Assembly (NCBI GenBank): GCA_030532385.1
Contig: JAUNLG010000002.1
Span: 28,992-92,991 of the forward strand
Direction of reading: 5' to 3'
DNA: 64,000 nt
Source: Anaerococcus sp.
GTDB taxonomy: Bacteria > Bacillota > Clostridia > Tissierellales > Peptoniphilaceae
Shown here: piece by piece, positions 59,032 through 64,000 of the stretch
Layout of the letters: each line of letters begins with the position of its first letter
Position numbering within the stretch: the stretch's first letter is position 1
The notes under the pieces: generated by a model
What the model was told of the DNA's origin: nothing
Seen by the model: only the letters and a program-made list of their open reading frames with translations
Databases searched by the model: none
Position numbers and translations under genes: made by a program

Positions 59032-60366
59032 CTAGTTCGCCTTTTTATGAAAACAAATAGTAAAGCTAGTTCCTACATTCTTTTTAGAAGTAACTTCAAT
59101 TTTGCCATTTAGGGCCTCAACAAAGTTTTTTGTAATAGCAAGTCCTAGGCCTAGGCCATTGGTCTTGGTGTTTCTTGAATCATCAATTCTAAAAAAACGT
59201 TCAAAAATCATTTCTATTTTATCTTCATCTATGCCTATCCCATCATCTTCTACCTTAATATTTATAGTTTTTGCCTTCTCTTTTAGGCAAACCTTTATAA
59301 GTCCATCGTGGTCTATAGCCTTTATAGCATTGGTTAATAGGTTTTGGATGATCTGGTTAAGTTTTGTCCTATCACTAATAATATAGACATCTGGGTCTAT
59401 ACTTTTTTCAAGTTTTATATTCTTATTTAAAAAGTTAGCCCCAAAGCCCTTAAGAAGGTCATCCATAAGCTTACTTAGGTTTACTTCTTCTAAGTTTAGC
59501 TTATATACATTCACGCTTTCATTAAAAGAATCCTTCAGCCCATCTACTAGGCCTTGTAACCTATTGATTTCTCCATTTAAACTTGCTATTATTGTAGAAT
59601 CAAAGTCAATAACCCCATCATCGAGAGCTTCTAGGTAAAGCTTGAGGTTGGTTATTGGTGTTCTAAGCTCATGGGATATATCTTGGGCATATTTCTTCCT
59701 AATTTCTTCTTGCCTTTTTAAGGACTTAGATAGAAAGGATATATTATCTTGTAGGTTTGATATCTCTCTTATATCAGAATCCTTGCGGTTGGGATTATCA
59801 TATATTCCTTTTTTGATCCTGATGGTTGTATTATTTATTTCGCCTATGGGCTTTGCTATATTTGTTGATAGGATAACTGAAATAATAAGGCCAATTATTA
59901 AGGAGGATAGAATAGCATAAATAACTGCGCTTCTAAAGTCATTTTGGAGTCTATTTATGGCAGAATAATCAGCTGTATAATCAACTACAATAACTCCAGC
60001 TTCTTCCTTAGCTTGGGCGTTGTAGACCTTATAGGACTTAGTTTTTATCTCCTTATCTTCTATATTTTCTATAGATTCAATTGACCTTATTTCATTTCCC
60101 AAGCTATCTACATAGGAAATATTTACATTTTGTTGGATACTCAAGTCCTCAAGGTACTCCCACATTTGATTTGTAGTTATATTTTTATCATTATTTAATC
60201 TAATGAACCACTCGCTAATAAGGTCTGGCTTTTTATCATCAACTATTTTAATAAGGTCTGAGTACCTTATGGTTACAAATAGGGAGATGAGGATTGAATA
60301 AATTAGGATACAGGCCAGGATGCCAGCTATGAAATTTTTGGTTAACTTATTCCTTAAAGACGTCAT
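59032..60366 (-). CDS. Sensor histidine kinase (HAMP-HisKA-HATPase, BaeS-like)
   Basis: Two TM helices, SHELRTP, NLLTNAIK, DDGIGI, FERFFR, GLGLGLAI. Confidence 0.93.
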   Translation of the reverse strand: MTSLRNKLTKNFIAGILACILIYSILISLFVTIRYSDLIKIVDDKKPDLISEWFIRLNNDKNITTNQMWEYLEDLSIQQNVNISYVDSLGNEIRSIESIENIEDKEIKTKSYKVYNAQAKEEAGVIVVDYTADYSAINRLQNDFRSAVIYAILSSLIIGLIISVILSTNIAKPIGEINNTTIRIKKGIYDNPNRKDSDIREISNLQDNISFLSKSLKRQEEIRKKYAQDISHELRTPITNLKLYLEALDDGVIDFDSTIIASLNGEINRLQGLVDGLKDSFNESVNVYKLNLEEVNLSKLMDDLLKGFGANFLNKNIKLEKSIDPDVYIISDRTKLNQIIQNLLTNAIKAIDHDGLIKVCLKEKAKTINIKVEDDGIGIDEDKIEMIFERFFRIDDSRNTKTNGLGLGLAITKNFVEALNGKIEVTSKKNVGTSFTICFHKKAN

Positions 60367-61060
60367 CTACTCCACCAGACTTATATCCCATGCCATAAAT
60401 TGTTTTTATATATTGGGGTTTTTTTGGGTTATCTTCGATTTTTTGCCTAATATTTTTGATATGGGTATCAATAGCCCTATCGTAAGCATCATAGTCTAAT
60501 CCAAAAGTCAACTCTATTATCTCATCTCTGGTGAAAATTTTATTTGGTGATGAAAATAGGGTCTTTAGGATAGAAAATTCATTTTTGGTCAAGGATACTT
60601 CCTCACCATCCTTTAAAAATCGGTTATATTTTAGGTCCATAAGGAGCCTATTATCCTTAGTTTTGATTATGTCAGCCCTTGGAATATTATATTTTTCAAT
60701 TCTCCTAAGGACAGCTTTCACACGCTCTACTAATTCTTTTGGCGAAAAAGGCTTGATGACATAGTCATCGGCTCCTAGCCTAAGGCCATTTATCCTATCT
60801 TCTTCTTCAACCTTAGCTGAAATAATAATGACAGGGGTCTTTGACCTATTCCTAATATCTTTAATTACTTCTTCACCTGAAAGCTTAGGTAGCATTAGGT
60901 CAAGGATTACTAAATCTATCTTTGTGCTAGTAAAAATCTCAAGGGCTTTCTTGCCATCATAGGCTTGGTAGACCTTATAGCCATCTTTTTCTAGGTAAGT
61001 TCTAACTATATTTGAAATAGCTTTTTCATCTTCTACAATTAAAATATTTATATCATTCAT
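60347..61060 (-). CDS. OmpR-family response regulator
   Basis: VEDE, LDLMLP, GADDYVIKPF, RAIDTHIKNIRQKI, TIYGMGY. Confidence 0.95.
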   Translation of the reverse strand: MNDINILIVEDEKAISNIVRTYLEKDGYKVYQAYDGKKALEIFTSTKIDLVILDLMLPKLSGEEVIKDIRNRSKTPVIIISAKVEEEDRINGLRLGADDYVIKPFSPKELVERVKAVLRRIEKYNIPRADIIKTKDNRLLMDLKYNRFLKDGEEVSLTKNEFSILKTLFSSPNKIFTRDEIIELTFGLDYDAYDRAIDTHIKNIRQKIEDNPKKPQYIKTIYGMGYKSGGVDDVFKE

Positions 61061-61138
61061 TTTTTACCTCCCCGTTATTATATCATACAATTTAAAGAAT
61101 TAATCTATTAGTATTATTGTACTTGCTTTTCAAAAAAA

Positions 61139-61165
61139 TGTTTAAGATGACATAAATCGGTTATA
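61139..61165 (+). promoter_or_regulatory. Putative SigB-like promoter TGTTT(AA)-N15-GGTTATA
   Basis: GTTTAA -35 element and a near-consensus -10 upstream of the GlsB/YeaQ/YmgE gene. Confidence 0.5.
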
Positions 61166-61238
61166 TATAAGAGTAAGCAGAGATAAATCTTAAGATGTTT
61201 AAAATTTATTTTAACTTAATTAACCGAAAGGAGATATA

Positions 61239-61502
61239 ATGGGTAATTATGGAATTATAGCTTCAATTATTATTGGAGCCCTAGCAGGATGGATTGCTAG
61301 TATGATTATGAAAAGAGATGCTCAAATGGGAGCTTTAGCCAATATTATTGTCGGAGTAATCGGTGGTGGTCTTGGTAACTGGATCTTTAGGACCTTGTTT
61401 AATGCAGCAAACCCTGGATTATTTATGCAAATAGTTTATGCGGTTATAGGTGCATGTATCTTACTATTTATAGTAGGACTTGTTACAGGTAGGAAAAAAT
61501 AG
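61239..61502 (+). CDS. GlsB/YeaQ/YmgE family stress-response membrane protein
   Basis: IIIGALAGWIASMIM, NIIVGVIGG, AVIGACILL. Confidence 0.9.
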   Translation: MGNYGIIASIIIGALAGWIASMIMKRDAQMGALANIIVGVIGGGLGNWIFRTLFNAANPGLFMQIVYAVIGACILLFIVGLVTGRKK

Positions 61503-61507
61503 ATAAG

Positions 61508-61571
61508 AAAAAGCTAGCCTAAGGCTCGCTTTTTTAATATGAAAGACCTGGTGGCAAGCCACCAGGTCTTT
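61508..61571. terminator. Two hairpins terminating the convergent glsB-like and PBP genes
   Basis: AAAAAGCTAGCC/GGCTCGCTTTTT and AAAGACCTGGTGGC/GCCACCAGGTCTTT. Confidence 0.7.
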
Positions 61572-64000
61572 AGTTGTTTCTATTATTTAGAGATTCTCCT
61601 TGATTTCTTTCTTCTCTTTTTTCATCCTCATTTTTATCTTCTTTGTCATCATCTTTATCCTTATCCTCATCATCCTTACCATCCTCATCTTCATCTTCTT
61701 CTTCAGGTGGTTCATAGACTAGGGTAGAGTAGGTTTTTGGCATCCTATATTTCCAATCATTTGGGTAGATGCCGTTGAATTTATTTGGATCATACTCATT
61801 TTTTAGAACCATTAGAGACCTGGTTTCTGTTAGGAATTTTGGAGTGAACTCTGAGCTTGCTAATAGGTCGTTTCTACTATCTATATAAGCCCATTGGTGG
61901 ATATCATCTTCCTTAGTAGGATAGTTATTTTCGCCAAAGATTTCATCTTTTACAGTTCCTCTAGGATCTGCATATGAGGCATCTGTAGGAAGCATACCGC
62001 TTATGGTATCTACTTTCATATGCCTAATTCCATCAGGTTCCACAAAATTGGCTACTTCATAATCAGCTAGGATTTCTTTATTGATTGCTCCCCACATGTA
62101 AGCTGCTCTTTCAACACTGTTGGAGTTTAAAGATAGGTTTTGATTATCAGCTCCCATCCATATACCTACTGTATAGTAAGGGGTGTAACCTACACACCAA
62201 AAGTCAATGTTGTTGTCTGTGGTTCCAGTTTTTGTAGCAAAATCAGTTCCGTCTAGGTAAATATTATCATAATAAGCTCCAGCTGATTGGAGGGCTGAGG
62301 TTATTTGATAGGCAGTCTCAGGGCTTGTTACTACTTGGCTTTTTTTATCTTCTTGGTCAAATAAGACCTTGCCTTGGGAATCTGTAATTTTTGAAAATGT
62401 TAAAGGCTCGATATACTTGCCATCGTTAGCTAGGGCAGAGTAGGCAGCAGTCATATCTAAGGCTGTAAGGCCATGGCTCATGGCACCAACTCCTAGGGCT
62501 GCTAGGTTTTCATCATTTGTTTGGGCGTTTTCGCTAGCCCTTACAAAATTATCTTTGTCTGGATCTTCTTTAATAATGCCAAATTTTTCTAGATATTCCA
62601 TAGATGTATCAAGACCAACCCTATCAAGGGTAGAGATTGCTATGGTATTTATACTCATCTTTATGGCATCTCTTATAGGGACCATGCCCTTATAGTATCC
62701 ATAGACATTTACAGGCCAAGCCCTGTTATTTTCATCTAGTTTGAATGGAACATCATCTACACCTGTGGCAAGGTTAAAACCATTATCTAAGGCTGGGGTA
62801 TAGGTTGCCAAAGGCTTGATAGATGAGCCAGGTTGTCTAGGAACAGCTGATGCCCTATCTAGGATATTTATTCCTTCTTGGTCACGGCCTCCCATTATAG
62901 CCTTTATTTCTCCACTCCTATGGTCAATTACAACTGATGATGATTGCGGTTGGATTACTCCTTCTAGGTCTATGTCGTAAAAGTCTTTACTTATCCTAAA
63001 AGAACCATCATCAAGCCATTGTATCATATCAGGATTTTCATTTAAGTAATTTGCGGATAGAACAATATTGCCATTTTCATCTTGCCATATATTATCATTA
63101 GATCCAAAGTCAATTAAACCAGACCTATGGGTTCTAAGGTTGGAGTTTTGATCATCTAAAGTATAGAAATCTCTAATTATAAGCCTTGTTTGATCTAGGT
63201 AGGTCTTATAAGAATTTATATAAAAATTAGAGTTTTCATCATACCAGGCCTCATCACTTCTTAGGTAGACATCATTATTTTCATCCAAGATATTATTTCT
63301 TGCATAATAAAGGAGACTACCATCAGAATTTTTGATTATATTTCCCCAATTGTCATAGGCTAGGTTTAATAAAGGGGCATAGCCTAAATTCTGACTATTA
63401 CCAATTAGGTATTCAGAAAAATTATCATAAATTGACTCAAGTTTTGTTTGAAGGTTTTTATCAATACTTGTTGTAATCCTCAAACCACCATAGTAGAGCC
63501 TATCCCAGGCTTGGTTTTCTGATAAATTTTGACTTTCCATCAGTTTTTCTACTACTTGTTTTTCAAGCAAACTATTGAAATATGATGCAAGTTCTGTTTG
63601 ATTTCTTTCCAATGGTTTAACTGAGCTTGCTACATCAAAGGCAAGGGCCTGATCATATTCTTCCTTGCTAATATAGCCTAGTTCAAGCATCTTATCTAGG
63701 ACATAGACTTCTCTTTGAAAAGGTGCTTCATTATAAACTGCTGAGTATTTTACCCCATCGATGGTAAATTCTCCTAGGACTCTTTGGTCAGTTACTTCGC
63801 TTGACTTAATTGATTTGTATAAGGAGTTTTCTGAAGGAGATTGGACTACTCCAGCTAGGGCAGCTGCTTGGGCTAGGTTAAGCTCAGATACATCTTTACT
63901 AAAGTAAGTTTTAGCTGCAGCTTGGACTCCATAAGTATTTTGGCCCATAAAGACCCTATTAAGGTAGGCTCCAAGAATTTCCTCCTTACTTAGGTTTTCT
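61570..64000 (-). CDS. Class A penicillin-binding protein (PBP1A-like), 5' end outside the window
   Basis: The frame stays open to the window edge (ENLSKEEILGAYLNRVFMGQ, GVQAAAKTYF transglycosylase motifs); transpeptidase motifs GSSIK, SIN and KTGT; acidic C-tail. Confidence 0.92.
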   Translation of the reverse strand, partial: ENLSKEEILGAYLNRVFMGQNTYGVQAAAKTYFSKDVSELNLAQAAALAGVVQSPSENSLYKSIKSSEVTDQRVLGEFTIDGVKYSAVYNEAPFQREVYVLDKMLELGYISKEEYDQALAFDVASSVKPLERNQTELASYFNSLLEKQVVEKLMESQNLSENQAWDRLYYGGLRITTSIDKNLQTKLESIYDNFSEYLIGNSQNLGYAPLLNLAYDNWGNIIKNSDGSLLYYARNNILDENNDVYLRSDEAWYDENSNFYINSYKTYLDQTRLIIRDFYTLDDQNSNLRTHRSGLIDFGSNDNIWQDENGNIVLSANYLNENPDMIQWLDDGSFRISKDFYDIDLEGVIQPQSSSVVIDHRSGEIKAIMGGRDQEGINILDRASAVPRQPGSSIKPLATYTPALDNGFNLATGVDDVPFKLDENNRAWPVNVYGYYKGMVPIRDAIKMSINTIAISTLDRVGLDTSMEYLEKFGIIKEDPDKDNFVRASENAQTNDENLAALGVGAMSHGLTALDMTAAYSALANDGKYIEPLTFSKITDSQGKVLFDQEDKKSQVVTSPETAYQITSALQSAGAYYDNIYLDGTDFATKTGTTDNNIDFWCVGYTPYYTVGIWMGADNQNLSLNSNSVERAAYMWGAINKEILADYEVANFVEPDGIRHMKVDTISGMLPTDASYADPRGTVKDEIFGENNYPTKEDDIHQWAYIDSRNDLLASSEFTPKFLTETRSLMVLKNEYDPNKFNGIYPNDWKYRMPKTYSTLVYEPPEEEDEDEDGKDDEDKDKDDDKEDKNEDEKREERNQGESLNNRNN

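Noticed and set aside
61590-61710. Low-complexity TCA/TCT/TCC tract
   Set aside because: It encodes the acidic disordered C-terminal tail common in class A PBPs.
267-62695. Numerous short ORFs in the track that lie antisense to or nested within long genes (e.g. 1657-1908, 16296-16697, 44387-44893, 59102-59386)
   Set aside because: They are shadow frames of well-supported genes, with no convincing RBS or recognisable motifs.

Overview
This is core-chromosome DNA from an AT-rich anaerobic Firmicute. Gene content, near-exclusive AGA/AGG arginine codons and an unusual tRNA point to Anaerococcus (Tissierellia); this assignment is an inference. The window holds about 55 tightly packed genes: a GlpA-like oxidoreductase cluster, ispE-murI-glutaminyl cyclase, oxidative-stress genes (peroxiredoxin, flavodiiron protein, an acyl-CoA dehydrogenase/ETF-alpha fusion), a complete aspartate to acetyl-CoA module (nifJ, aspA, transporter, LysR, fumC, malic enzyme), nadE, a Zur-controlled Zn ABC transporter, yaaA-sbcDC-addBA, DUF969/DUF979-pcp, potABCD, a two-component system and a class A PBP. 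No integrase, transposase, prophage or CRISPR array was seen. The main highlights are: (1) a tRNA with a CCG (Arg) anticodon on a tRNA-Trp-like body, the expected signature of CGG-to-Trp recoding, which also overlaps the end of an upstream CDS; (2) a repeated SigB-like promoter motif in front of stress genes and an unannotated 50-aa ORF; (3) a HEPN plus restriction-endonuclease-fold protein that may be a defence factor; (4) four intact ORFs that appear to lack catalytic residues. All calls come from motif reading by eye; no database searches were run.
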